A DNA stretch of 64,000 nt from an uncultured Collinsella sp. (GTDB lineage Bacteria; Actinomycetota; Coriobacteriia; Coriobacteriales; Coriobacteriaceae), in NCBI GenBank assembly GCA_900540095.1, contig UQEO01000001.1:3308-67307 (forward strand), read 5' to 3'. The notes beneath the pieces are model-generated. The model searched no databases, was not told the origin of the DNA, and was given only the letters and a program-made list of their open reading frames with translations. A program made the position numbers and the translations under genes. This document shows, piece by piece, positions 10,147-20,687 of this stretch. Each line of letters begins with the position of its first letter. The first letter of the stretch is position 1.

Positions 10147-10502
10147 GAGTGGGCTTGTAAGCCGGGTTCTGTCGTGAACGGTCATTTATCTTGTCTGCAC
10201 GTTACCGTGCAGCTCCACGCACGCTACCCGAACGCGGACCGGGCCGGCCCATAGCGTTCCTATTCGCGCTTGCTCCGGATGGGGCTTGCCAAGCCGCCGT
10301 GTTACCACGACGCTGGTGGTCTCTTACACCACCGTTTCAGCTTTTCCCTTTACGCCTTGCGGCGCAGGTGGGAGTCTTCTTTTCTGCGGCGCTTTCCGTC
10401 GGATCACTCCGCCCGGCCGTTAGCCGGCATCCCGCCCTCTGGAGCCCGGACTTTCCTCACGCGTGCTGCAAGCAGCACATCGCGCGACCGTCTGGCCCAC
10501 TC
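10147..10502 (-). ncRNA. rnpB: RNase P RNA (type A)
   Basis: Minus strand has GAGGAAAGTCCGGGCTCC, GGTGTAAGAGACCACCAG and 3' ACAGAACCCGGCTTAC; terminal GAGTGGGC/GCCCACTC P1 helix. Confidence 0.97.
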
Positions 10503-10794
10503 AGCAGTGAAAGAGTGTAGCACACCACCGCCGCAGGCATTGGCACAACACAAGCGTTCGACACGATAAACCAAGAACCAAGAACCACGCCATGCAGTAC
10601 AATAGGGTCGTCGATGGGCAACGTCGTCAGTCGAGACGCGACCGCGCTCCGCACCCCTCCGTCTACTCGGTGCGTTCCCGCCTCCTCCCCGAGGCGGGAT
10701 GTCGGCATTTTTCATGCACCGACAAACCAATAGCCTGTGGACAGCCCGGACAGCATTGCGCCCGGGCAGCATCGCGCACCTTAGCAGCAAATGC

Positions 10795-10832
10795 AAAAAG
10801 GGACCCGTCCATTGCGGACGGATCCCTTAAAA
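10795..10832 (-). terminator. Intrinsic terminator of rpsA
   Basis: GC hairpin followed by a T-run on the minus strand just after the rpsA stop. Confidence 0.8.
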
Positions 10833-10852
10833 CAAGTGATCGTCAAACCGAT

Positions 10853-12019
10853 TTACTCGGCGTCGGTCTCCTCGTCCTTCTTCTCGGAAGGCAGCGGGGT
10901 AACCTCGATCTCGACGCCCAGAGTCTCAGCAGCAGACTTCATGGACAGGGAGATACGACGACGGTCGAGGTCGATCTCCATGACCTTGACCTGAACCTTG
11001 TCGCCCACGTGGGTGACCTGAGAAGGCTGGTCGACGTGCTTGTTGGCCATCTCGGAGATGTGCACCAGGCCCTCGATGCCCTCGCCCAGGTCGACGAAAG
11101 CGCCGAACGGGACAAGCTTGGTCACAGTGCCCTCGACGATAGCGCCGACGGGGTACTTCTTGACCAGTGCGCGCCACGGATCCTCGGTGGTCTGCTTGAG
11201 ACCCAGGGAGATGCGCTCGCGGTTGAGATCGACGTCGAGAACCTCGACCTCGACCTCCTGGCCGACCTTGACAACCTCGGAAGGATGGTTGACGTGGTTC
11301 CAGGAGAGCTCGGAGATGTGGATGAGGCCGTCGATACCGCCGAGGTCGACGAAGGCGCCGAAGTCGACGATGGAGGAAACGGTGCCCTGGAGACGCATGC
11401 CAGACTTGAGCTTGGACAGGATCTCGGAGCGCTCGGCCTTACGGGACTCCTCGAGCACGACGCGACGGGAGAGGACGACGTTGTTGCGGTTGCGGTCCAT
11501 CTCGATAACGCGGGCCTCGATGCGGGTGCCCATGTAAGAGGTGAGGTCCTTGACGCGACGGAGGTCGACGAGGGAAGCGGGCAGGAAGCCACGCAGGCCG
11601 ATGTCGAGGATCAGGCCGCCCTTGACAACCTCGATAACCTCGCCCTCGACGTTCTCGCCAGAGTTGAACTTCTCCTCGATGCGGTTCCAAGCACGCTCGT
11701 ACTCGGCACGCTTCTTGGACAGGACCAGACGACCGTCCTTGTCCTCCTTCTGGAGAACCAGGGCCTCGATGGGATCACCGAGTGCAACGATGTCTGCAGG
11801 GTTAGCGTCCTTGCGGATGGACAGCTCGCGGACCGGGATAACGCCCTCGGACTTGAATCCGATGTCAACGAGCACCTCGTCATGCTCGATCTTAACGACA
11901 GTGCCGTTAACGAGATCGCCCTCATCAAAGTCGGTAATCGTACCGTCGATGAGGTTGTTCATCTCCTCCTCATTGACATCGTCAAGAGAGAAAATGGACG
12001 AGTTCTGAATCTCACTCAA
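10853..12019 (-). CDS. rpsA: 30S ribosomal protein S1
   Basis: Four S1 repeats (FGAFVDLG, GLIHISE), highly biased codon use, TTG start. Confidence 0.97.
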   Translation of the reverse strand: MSEIQNSSIFSLDDVNEEEMNNLIDGTITDFDEGDLVNGTVVKIEHDEVLVDIGFKSEGVIPVRELSIRKDANPADIVALGDPIEALVLQKEDKDGRLVLSKKRAEYERAWNRIEEKFNSGENVEGEVIEVVKGGLILDIGLRGFLPASLVDLRRVKDLTSYMGTRIEARVIEMDRNRNNVVLSRRVVLEESRKAERSEILSKLKSGMRLQGTVSSIVDFGAFVDLGGIDGLIHISELSWNHVNHPSEVVKVGQEVEVEVLDVDLNRERISLGLKQTTEDPWRALVKKYPVGAIVEGTVTKLVPFGAFVDLGEGIEGLVHISEMANKHVDQPSQVTHVGDKVQVKVMEIDLDRRRISLSMKSAAETLGVEIEVTPLPSEKKDEETDAE

Positions 12020-12335
12020 AGGTGGACCCCTTTCGAACTACGGGGCCCCGATTGCTAGGACCTACAGAAGGGTGCGACAAGCACACAACGTTTAGGAACA
12101 CTCGGGAGCCGACAGATACTAATGTGACGCTTATGCAATCACGTTCGTATAGGTTACGGGGAAATGGGTTCGATTTCAAGCGTGAACTGCGTTTTTTTAC
12201 TCGTGTGGAGACTTTTTCGTAATCTTATGGACAGCGGTCTCCACAACTTGACGATAAGCAGTTTGCCCATACGCCTTTGAGGTAAAGTATCCGGAGCCAA
12301 CGATTCTGGAACGATTTATCGAGAAAGGTGCCCGC

Positions 12336-13094
12336 GTGCTCAAAGCAGTCGTTTTCGATATGGACGAAACGCTTCTTAGCATCAACCTCAACGCATTCAT
12401 CCTTCGGTATTTTAAGGATGTCTCGTCGATGCTCGCAGACATCGGGCGACGCAGCCGCGGTGGCACAATGGCACGCCTCGGCACCATCTTGGTCGACCTC
12501 AACGCCAACCGCCGAAGCGGCACGGATAATCGCACCAATCTTGAGTTCTACCAAGAAGAGGTTGAGCGCCGGTGCGGCATTTGCCTCTCGGACCCACTCA
12601 TCTACGAGGCGTTTACCTACTACGATCGTGAAGTCCTGCCGTACAAGAACGACGATGTCATCTACGCCCACGCCATGCCCGGCGCGCACGCCGCGCTCCA
12701 GGCCGTACAGGACGCAGGACTGCGTTGCGCGCTCTTTACCAACCCCAGCTTTCCGCAGGGGGCCATCGAGTGCCGCATGGGTTGGGGCGACCTGACCGAC
12801 GCCCCCTTTGAGCTCGTCACGCACATGGGAAACACCACCCGTTGCAAGCCCGATGCCACCTACTATCTAGAGCAGCTTCAGGTGATGGGGCTCCAGCCGC
12901 ACGAGGTCCTTATGGTGGGCAACGATCCCAAACGCGACTTCCCCAGCCCCGCCTGCGGTGTTCAAACCGCCTATGTTGGCCAGGGAAAACCAGGCCGAGC
13001 CACCTGGCGCGGAACCATGGAAGACTTCGCCCGCGACTTCAACGCCGTAATCGAAGCCTTCTACGAACACCAAATAGCCAACGAACTGTCCTAA
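12336..13094 (+). CDS. HAD family hydrolase
   Basis: FDMDETL motif I, TNP, KPD and MVGND motifs. Confidence 0.85.
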   Translation: MLKAVVFDMDETLLSINLNAFILRYFKDVSSMLADIGRRSRGGTMARLGTILVDLNANRRSGTDNRTNLEFYQEEVERRCGICLSDPLIYEAFTYYDREVLPYKNDDVIYAHAMPGAHAALQAVQDAGLRCALFTNPSFPQGAIECRMGWGDLTDAPFELVTHMGNTTRCKPDATYYLEQLQVMGLQPHEVLMVGNDPKRDFPSPACGVQTAYVGQGKPGRATWRGTMEDFARDFNAVIEAFYEHQIANELS

Positions 13095-14430
13095 CAGACT
13101 TGGGTTTTGCCGATCATGATGTTTAGGATCTCGACGTCGGTGTCCTTCATGCCCACACGGCCTACATAGCCCATGCTGGCGATTGTCTGCTCGACGGTAT
13201 CCTGGATCAGGCCCTCACCGGCACGGAAGCCGCGGCCCTGCATGGCCATATCGTGGCCCAGAATCGCCGCATCAACGGCAGCGGAAATCTTGGCGGCACA
13301 GCTTGCCTTGGCGCCATCGCACACGATGCCGCCCACGTTACCGAGCGTGTTCGAAACCGTCGCGCCAATCTGCTCGCGCGTGCCACCACACAGCCAGGTA
13401 ATCGCGGCACCGGCACCGCATGCGGCGCAAATAGCACCGCAAAACGCCGAGAGCGCACCAATATAGCTCTTGATATGCACGGCGATCAGATCAGACAGCA
13501 TCACGGCGCGCACCAGGCGATCATGGTCGCAGCGCAAATACTCGGCATACTCCATAACGGGCAAGGCACAGGTAATGCCCTGATTGCCCGAGCCGCACAC
13601 GATGGCGACCGGCAGCGCGCAGCCGTTCATGCGGGCATCGGACCCGGCGGCCGCACGGGCACGGGCACGGGAGGGGGCAAGGTATTCCGGCAGGCGACGT
13701 CATCGGCACGAGCGCCCAGCAGCGTACGGCCCACCTCGGCGCCCCAAGCGTGCGCCAGGCCCTCGGCACTGATCGCACCGTTCAGCTCAATCTGACGCTC
13801 AACGGCAGCGCGGGCGTCCTCAATGTCACCGTCCTCGATAAAGTCGATGATGGACTCAATGCTCATAGGGGTATCGGCGTTATCTGCCGCACGCTCGGCC
13901 ACGACGCGCTCGGCGCAGGCGGCACACTCCCCCGCCGACTTGCCGCATACCGGAATACCTTCGAGCGTATGACACGTAACATTGGTGTGGTGGTCGGTAA
14001 TCTCGACGATCGCGACATGGCCCCCGGCCGTGGCAGTCACCTTGATGTAGAGGTTGGGCACACCCTCGACAAGCGACACATCGCAGTAACCGGCATCGGC
14101 GAGAAGCTCGGACACGCGAGCACGGTCTTCGTCGTTAACGCTCTCGAGCACCTCGAGCGCGCTCTTGGCGTCACCGCCCACGGCACCCAGCACGGCCGCC
14201 GCTTCAATACCGTGCATGCCGCCCGAGTTGGGCACGGTCACGCTCTTAACGTTCTTGATGATGTTGCCCGAGCAGGCAACGTCCATATGATCGGGTTCGC
14301 AACCGAGCGTCTGGCTCGCCAGCGCCGCTGCATAGGCAACGGCAATGGGCTCGGTGCAGCCGAGCGCACAGACAAGCTCGCGGTTTAAAACATCGCAAAA
14401 CGCGGTATCACGAAGGGAATCGGCAGGCAT
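13091..14430 (-). pseudogene. Frameshifted YhaM/CyuA-like (UPF0597, serine dehydratase alpha fold) L-cysteine desulfidase
   Basis: N-half has LGCTEP; C-half in another frame has GSGNQG and CDGAK.SCA.K; removing the 20 nt at 13670-13689 restores one 439-aa ORF containing AAAGSDARM. Confidence 0.85.
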
Positions 14431-14701
14431 AGGTATCTCCTACTTGTATAAAGGGCTGGGCTCCCGATAATAGTTAGCTCTTTTATTTGATAACAATGCA
14501 TCAAAAACCGCAACCCAAGTTCCGGCGGACGGTGTTCAATCGCAAACTGACAGCATTAATACATGAAAAACTAGTCTTGTTGCGTGCTAAAGCGTTTGAC
14601 CAAAAAACGCCCGAGCGTTTACACAAAAGTCGCGCTATCATGCAGTCGAACGCGGTAAAACCTTTAGCAATTCCGCCGCACGGACCAGAGAGGAACCACT
14701 C

Positions 14702-15169
14702 ATGAAGATTGGTATCGGTAACGACCACGCCGCCGTCGAGCTCAAGAACATCATCTCCGAGCACCTGAAGGAGCGCGGCTGCGAGGTCGTGAACTTTGGC
14801 ACCGACACCTCCGAGAGCTTCGATTACCCCATCGCCGGCTACAAGGTGGGTAAGGCCGTGGCCAACGGTGACGTCGACCTGGGTATCCTGATCTGCGGTA
14901 CCGGCGTCGGCATCAGCCTGGCCGCCAACAAGGTCGAAGGTGTTCGCGCCGTCGTATGCTCCGAGCCCTTCAGCGCCAAGCTCTCCCGCATGCACAACAA
15001 CACCAACGTGCTCGCCTTTGGCGCCCGCGTCGTGGGCTCCGAACTCGCCAAGATGATTGTCGACGAGTGGCTCGACGCCGAGTTTGAGGGCGGTCGTCAC
15101 GAGCGTCGCGTTAACCTCCTCAACGAGATCGACCACACGCGCGGCCTCAAGGTCGTCGACGAAGCCTAA
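14702..15169 (+). CDS. rpiB: Ribose 5-phosphate isomerase B
   Basis: GNDHA, DYP, CGTGVG, ANKV.GVR, HNN.N and FEGGRH.RR motifs. Confidence 0.95.
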   Translation: MKIGIGNDHAAVELKNIISEHLKERGCEVVNFGTDTSESFDYPIAGYKVGKAVANGDVDLGILICGTGVGISLAANKVEGVRAVVCSEPFSAKLSRMHNNTNVLAFGARVVGSELAKMIVDEWLDAEFEGGRHERRVNLLNEIDHTRGLKVVDEA

Positions 15170-15196
15170 ACTACTCAGTGCCACAAGCTAACAGCA

Positions 15197-15233
15197 GGGG
15201 CCCGCTCGGAACTCATGTCCGAGCGGGCCCCTT
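15197..15233 (+). terminator. Terminator-like hairpin after rpiB
   Basis: GGGCCCGCTCGGA/TCCGAGCGGGCCC stem. Confidence 0.7.
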
Positions 15234-15321
15234 CATAGATTTCGGAATAAAAAGGGCGCCGCGGATGGAATTCCGCGGCGCCAAAGCCACACGCTAACAG
15301 CTTTAAGGAGTCAAAGCTGGT

Positions 15322-15726
15322 TTAGCCAAAGAAGCGCTTGATCTCGATCTCGGCGTTCTCCAGGCAGTCGGAGCCGTGGATCACGTTGGCGTTGACATCG
15401 ACAGCGAAGTCGCCGCGAATGGTGCCGGGGGCAGCATCAAGCGGGTTGGTAGCACCCATAAGGGTGCGCATCTTGGAAACAGCGGAGAGACCAGAAACGA
15501 CCATCTTGACGACCGGACCGCTCGTCATAAAGTCGCAGAGACCGCCAAAGAAGGGCTTGTCGGCCAGATGGGCGTAGTGCTCCTCGACGGTAGCGCGCTC
15601 GAGCGTGGTCATCTCCATGCGCTCGATGACAAGGCCGCTGCGCTCAATACGAGCAACGATCTCGCCGATCTTGCGGTCGCGCACGGCGTCGGGCTTAATC
15701 ATGATGAAGGTCTTCTCGATAGCCAT
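15322..15726 (-). CDS. ndk: Nucleoside diphosphate kinase
   Basis: TF.MIKPD, HY.HL, SGPV, PGTIRGDF and N.IHGSD (phospho-His) motifs. Confidence 0.97.
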   Translation of the reverse strand: MAIEKTFIMIKPDAVRDRKIGEIVARIERSGLVIERMEMTTLERATVEEHYAHLADKPFFGGLCDFMTSGPVVKMVVSGLSAVSKMRTLMGATNPLDAAPGTIRGDFAVDVNANVIHGSDCLENAEIEIKRFFG

Positions 15727-16110
15727 AAGGTAGCCTTTCAAGTAGGTTCGCGCGTGCCCAAGTCCCATTCCGGCACCCGCCTGGACTGCATCGTAACAGA
15801 GTTTTAGCTGCAGTTAAACAAAAAGCTGTTTATTGAAACGCTGCAATTTATTAAAGCGCTCCATATGTGTCACTTCTGTTTCGAAGCCCGATTAGAGTAC
15901 CATCCGACCGCCCATCAACCGCATCGAACCGAGCGGACGGTCGGTTGCCGCCCGTGAACGCGCCCCCTTCACAACCTGCCCAAAGGTCCTACAGAAGTTC
16001 TCGACAAGCCCCTCCCCCATAGCAACAAAATACGGGCACCCACATCAGCAGGCGCCCGCAAAGCGAAAACGATTTATCAATAAATGGACAATACGTCTTC
16101 AGCCAAACCT

Positions 16111-17541
16111 CTACTTTGCCCCGTGACCCATCTCGACGACCTTGGTCAGCGATCCAAACACGCCCTCGTCGGCCACGAGCTGTGCCTCGGCACGCTGCAG
16201 CTGCACGGAAACAGCGGCAGGAGCGGTGCCTCCCTCGGTCGTGCGCGCGGCGACAATCGACGGGATGTCAAGCGCCTCGGTAATGTCGCGCTCAAAGAGC
16301 GGGCTTGCCTCCTGGAACACCTCAAACGGCAGGTCCTCAAGATTGCAGCCGCGCTTCTCGCACATCAGGACCAGATGCCCCACCACAGCGTGTGCCTCGC
16401 GGAACGGCAGGCCACGCTTAGCCAGGTAATCGGCAACATCGGTGGCGGCAAGGTGTCCCACGCCACACTCGCGCGCCATGGCATCCTCGTTGACGGTCCA
16501 GGTCGAAATCATTCCGGCCATAACGGGCAGGCACTGCAGGAGCGTGTGAGCGGTATCGAGCGCGCCCTCCTTGTCCTCCTGCAAGTCCTTGTTATAAGCA
16601 AGCGGCAGGCCCTTCATGGTTACGAGCAGCTGCACCAGGTTGCCATAGACACGGCCGCTCTTGCCGCGAATAAGCTCGGCAAAGTCGGGATTCTTCTTCT
16701 GCGGCATGATGGACGAGCCGGTGGAGTACGAGTCGGAAAGCGTGATAAAGCCAAATTCAGAGCTCGACCACAGCACGATCTCCTCGGAAAGACGCGACAG
16801 GTGCATGGCCATGACGGAGCCGGCGTAATGCAGATCGAGCAGGAAATCACGGTCGGAAACCGCATCGAGCGAGTTGGGAATCACGCCCGCAAAGCCAAGT
16901 TCGGCAGCCGTCATCTGACGATCGAGCGGATAGCTCGTACCGGCAAGCGCGGCAGCACCCAGCGGACAGTTGTCGGCGGCATCAAAGGCGGCCTTCAAGC
17001 GTGTAAAGTCGCGCGCGAACATCCAGGAATACGCCAGCAGATGATGCGAGAGCAGCACGGGCTGAGCGTGCTGCATATGCGTGTAACCCGGCAGAATCAC
17101 CTTGTCGTACTTCTTAGCCGCATCCACCAGCACATGGCGCAGCTCAAGATTGGCCTCCATGAGCTCCTTGGCCAGTGCCTTGACGCCCAGGCGCGTGTCG
17201 GTCGCCACCTGGTCGTTGCGCGAACGTCCGGTATGCAAGCGCTTACCGGCCTCGCCGATGCGACGCGTCAGCTCGCTCTCGATGGACATATGGATGTCCT
17301 CGTCGTTGATATCGAAGGTAAAGTTGCCGGCATCGATATCCTGTTCGATTCCGGTCAGGCCCTCGGCAATCGCCTGCTCGTCCTCGGCACTGATGATGCC
17401 TTGGGCGGCCAGCATCTTGGCATGTGCCTTGGAGCCGGCGATATCCTGCTTATAGAGATGTTTGTCGACCGGCAGCGACGCGCCAAACTCCTGCGTGACC
17501 TCGGCCACGCCCGCCTCAAAACGACCGCCCCAAAGAGCCAT
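16111..17541 (-). CDS. argH: Argininosuccinate lyase
   Basis: LWGGRF, HTGRSRNDQ, PGYTH.Q.AQP and GSSIMPQKKNPD signature. Confidence 0.97.
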   Translation of the reverse strand: MALWGGRFEAGVAEVTQEFGASLPVDKHLYKQDIAGSKAHAKMLAAQGIISAEDEQAIAEGLTGIEQDIDAGNFTFDINDEDIHMSIESELTRRIGEAGKRLHTGRSRNDQVATDTRLGVKALAKELMEANLELRHVLVDAAKKYDKVILPGYTHMQHAQPVLLSHHLLAYSWMFARDFTRLKAAFDAADNCPLGAAALAGTSYPLDRQMTAAELGFAGVIPNSLDAVSDRDFLLDLHYAGSVMAMHLSRLSEEIVLWSSSEFGFITLSDSYSTGSSIMPQKKNPDFAELIRGKSGRVYGNLVQLLVTMKGLPLAYNKDLQEDKEGALDTAHTLLQCLPVMAGMISTWTVNEDAMARECGVGHLAATDVADYLAKRGLPFREAHAVVGHLVLMCEKRGCNLEDLPFEVFQEASPLFERDITEALDIPSIVAARTTEGGTAPAAVSVQLQRAEAQLVADEGVFGSLTKVVEMGHGAK

Positions 17542-17662
17542 GGGATCGTCCCCTTTCATCAAATACCAATGCGCCGATGTCCGCGAGCTGCGTTTAGCGC
17601 CGTTAAAACGATTTATCAACTGCTAGTTTTGCACATCTCCCGCCGCACGCGAGGCCGACAAG

Positions 17663-17833
17663 CTAAATAGCGAAGAAGTGACGCACCATGCACTTGGCGC
17701 CCAACGTCTCCCTCCGGATGTTGCCCTGCGAACCGTCAATCCAAGCCTTCAGGCTCATAGGGACCTCCTCCACCTTGGCGGTATCGAGCTCGGGGGCAAG
17801 AGAAAGCAAAGAGTGTGCAATAGCGTCAAACAT
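17663..17833 (-). CDS. Putative small protein, 56 aa (below the ORF-track cutoff)
   Basis: GAGGAG RBS 8 nt before ATG; MFDAIAHSLLSLAPELDTAKVEEVPMSLKAWIDGSQGNIRRETLGAKCMVRHFFAI*. Confidence 0.55.
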   Translation of the reverse strand: MFDAIAHSLLSLAPELDTAKVEEVPMSLKAWIDGSQGNIRRETLGAKCMVRHFFAI

Positions 17834-17885
17834 AGTAGGTACTCCTCAGATATATATAGGCGCAGAGCCGCCAATTTGATAGAAG

Positions 17886-17916
17886 GAGCCCCGCCGGACA
17901 ACCCCGGCGGGGCTCG
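17886..17916 (-). terminator. Terminator-like hairpin downstream of argG
   Basis: GAGCCCCGCCGG/CCGGCGGGGCTC stem. Confidence 0.65.
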
Positions 17917-18068
17917 GACTCAGCCGCAGACGCGGCATCATATATGCGGGCGGAACGTAGGGGCCACCGATGTTAAGAAGTGTCAGCAAGCATAACGAAA
18001 GGTAGGGACCCCGTGCGCCCGTTATGTATCACGCGGATGGGCCGCGCGGATACCAAGGGAAGGAAGAC

Positions 18069-19295
18069 TTAAGCCTGGGCAGCGGCAGAGCTAGGGCCCT
18101 GGACCTTGGCCCATGTCTTGAGCGACAGCGTGTCGATCTCGATAAAGCCGGCGCTGGCCTTCTCGTCAAACGTGGTGTCGCGGTCGTAGGTAGCCAGACC
18201 GTAGTCGTAGAGGCTGAAGGGGCTCTTGCGGCCGACGACATGGCAGTTGCCCTTAAAGAACTTCAGACGGACGGTGCCGGTCACGAACTTCTGGGTATCG
18301 TCCATAAAGGCGTCGAGCGCGTTCTTGAGCGGGCTGTACCACTGGCCGTTATACACGGCGGTGGCCCAATCCTGCTCGAGCTTAATCTTAGTCTTGAGCA
18401 GGTCGCCCTCGACGCAGATGTCCTCGAGCGCCTTGTGGGCGGTGATGAGCGTCAGGGCGCCGGGAACCTCATAGCACTCGCGGCTCTTGAGGCCCACCAG
18501 ACGGTCCTCAACCAGGTCGAGACGGCCAAAGCCGTTGTCGCCCGAAATCTTGTTGAGGGCGATGACGATCTCGGAGAGCTTCATCTTCTTGCCGTCGACG
18601 GCGACGGGCTTGCCGGCCTCAAACTCAATCTCGGTATACGTCGGCGTGTCGGGCGTGTCCTCGGGATTCTTGGTCATAACCCAAGCGTCGTCGAGCGGCT
18701 CGTTCCAGGGATCCTCCAGGTGGCCGCACTCAATGGCACGACCCCACAGGTTGTCGTCGATGGAATAGGGGTTGTCGTTGGCACCCTCGGGAACCGGCAC
18801 GTTGTGAGCGTGGGCATAGGCGACCTCGTCGGGACGGCACTTCAAGTCCCACTCGCGAACCGGGGCGATAACCTTGAGCTCAGGGTCGAGGGCCTTGACG
18901 GCAGCCTCGAAGCGGACCTGGTCGTTACCCTTGCCGGTGCAGCCGTGGGCGACGTAGGTCGCGCCAAACTCGTGAGCGACCTCGACAAGCTTCTTGGCGA
19001 GCAGCGGACGAGACAGGGCGGAGAGCAGCGGGTACTTGTTCTCGTACATGGAGTTTGCAGCGATGGCCTTGGTCAGGAACTCATCGGAGAACTCGTCGCG
19101 CAGGTCGAGCACCTGGCAATCGAGAACGCCCAGGTCAAGCGCCTTCTGCTTCTTGGCATCCAGTCCGGTCTCTTCCTGGCCCACGTTGCCGCAGACACAA
19201 ACGACATCGAGATTCTTCTCGTCCTGGAGCCACTTGACACATACGGATGTATCAAGACCACCGGAATATGCGAGAACGACTTTTTCCTTGCTCAT
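18069..19295 (-). CDS. argG: Argininosuccinate synthase
   Basis: LAYSGGLDTS, HGCTGKGNDQVRFE and YS.D.NLWG motifs. Confidence 0.97.
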   Translation of the reverse strand: MSKEKVVLAYSGGLDTSVCVKWLQDEKNLDVVCVCGNVGQEETGLDAKKQKALDLGVLDCQVLDLRDEFSDEFLTKAIAANSMYENKYPLLSALSRPLLAKKLVEVAHEFGATYVAHGCTGKGNDQVRFEAAVKALDPELKVIAPVREWDLKCRPDEVAYAHAHNVPVPEGANDNPYSIDDNLWGRAIECGHLEDPWNEPLDDAWVMTKNPEDTPDTPTYTEIEFEAGKPVAVDGKKMKLSEIVIALNKISGDNGFGRLDLVEDRLVGLKSRECYEVPGALTLITAHKALEDICVEGDLLKTKIKLEQDWATAVYNGQWYSPLKNALDAFMDDTQKFVTGTVRLKFFKGNCHVVGRKSPFSLYDYGLATYDRDTTFDEKASAGFIEIDTLSLKTWAKVQGPSSAAAQA

Positions 19296-19849
19296 GGCTG
19301 TTTCCTTTCGCCCTTGGTAGCTAGTTAGAACATCGGTCAGTTGCAAGTCATTTCAAGGTCATATACCGTGCAATATCAGGTTAAATAGCAAAAATCAGCA
19401 CATACATGCCCTAGAAACATGCAGCAATGTCGTGCTAAAACCCAACGACCTCAAAATGACTCTGTTGAGGCAATTCGCCCCATGCGGACCGAGACGATTG
19501 TTATCGTCGTCGGGAAATTGCGCGCTGGCGTCGGATGGCATTGTCTGCAGTGGTGATGATCTTTACGAACTGCATCTGCCTCTCCTTTCACGTATCGCCG
19601 GGCGCAATTCTAATATCGTAAACGGTACCTTTTCATCGGTAAGCGGTTGTTTTTCCGTCTCCGTTTTCGATGGTCGCTATATTACGCTAAAGTGCCTGCT
19701 GCACAAGCGACAAATTCAAATATCTGAAAAGTTTTTTCATTAGTTTGTGAAATGCAGTGCAAATACGCTGCGTTCCTGCGAAAATACGCCTGACTACGAG
19801 TTGATGGTTATAACATCTGAAACAATTTCGAAACGAAAGGCGCGCTTTT

Positions 19850-20677
19850 ATGCAAACTTACGAATCGGACGCCAATATTGGAAACATTAAGATTCTCGCC
19901 GTTGATATGGACAAGACGCTTCTCACCGACGAGCGCGTGCTACCTCAGGGTCTTGATGAGCGCCTGGACAAGCTCGCCGAGGCTGGCATCGTGTTCTGCC
20001 CCGCTAGCGGACGTCCGGCCCCCAAGCTCGAGGAGATGTTCGAGGGCATCAAGAACCGCCTCGCCTTTTGTCCCGACAACGGAGCCTGCGTCATCTATCG
20101 CGGCAACTATATCTATAAGAGCAACATCGATGTGGCGCTGTATCAGCAGGTCTTGAGCCGTGCCTCGGAGGACCCGCGCGCCGTTCCCGTCCTGTGCTGC
20201 TTCGACGAGTTCTACGTGCTTGCCCGCGACCATCAGTACCACGACGAGATCAGCGTCTACTACAACACAATCAACTACGTCGACAGCTTTGAGGGCATTG
20301 ATTTCGAGTCCAACAAGATTTCGGTCTTCTTCCCCGGCTACGACGCCGAGCCCGCTTTCCGCGAGACCTATAGCCCCGAGTTCTCGGACAAGCTCTATGT
20401 CACCAATGCCGGCCGCGAGTGGATCGACTTTATGAACCTGGGTGTCGACAAGGGCGCCGGCGTCGCGCATCTGTGCGAGCACCTGGGCATCGATATCGCT
20501 GACGCCGCTGCCGCGGGCGATACGTACAATGACATCCCCATGCTGGAGCGCGTCGGTCACAGCTTTATCGTGGACAACGCCGAGGAGCACATGAACGCGC
20601 ACGCCAAGTGGCGCATTCCGAGCAACAACGACGGGGGCGTACTGACGCTCATCGACGCCATCTTGGCGGCTCGTTAA
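19850..20677 (+). CDS. Cof-type HAD-IIB family hydrolase
   Basis: DMD.TL, ASGR, NGA, K.GA and GD..ND..ML motifs. Confidence 0.9.
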   Translation: MQTYESDANIGNIKILAVDMDKTLLTDERVLPQGLDERLDKLAEAGIVFCPASGRPAPKLEEMFEGIKNRLAFCPDNGACVIYRGNYIYKSNIDVALYQQVLSRASEDPRAVPVLCCFDEFYVLARDHQYHDEISVYYNTINYVDSFEGIDFESNKISVFFPGYDAEPAFRETYSPEFSDKLYVTNAGREWIDFMNLGVDKGAGVAHLCEHLGIDIADAAAAGDTYNDIPMLERVGHSFIVDNAEEHMNAHAKWRIPSNNDGGVLTLIDAILAAR

Positions 20678-20687
20678 CGCGCTCGTC

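Noticed and set aside
13679..13961. Invertible segment (phase-variable inverton) bounded by the 12-bp inverted repeat
   Set aside because: The intervening DNA already encodes plausible family sequence in its current orientation, so inversion would not restore the gene; no invertase nearby.
16084..17670. Long antisense ORFs (528 aa opposite argH, 488 aa opposite rpsA, 636 aa opposite polA, 583 aa opposite murD/mraY, and others)
   Set aside because: Shadow ORFs typical of high-GC codon bias; no recognisable motifs, and the opposite strand encodes clear housekeeping proteins.
19340..19790. ArgR boxes and a 103-aa ORF in the argG-cof intergenic region
   Set aside because: Only weak partial ARG-box matches; the ORF lacks an RBS and has atypical composition.
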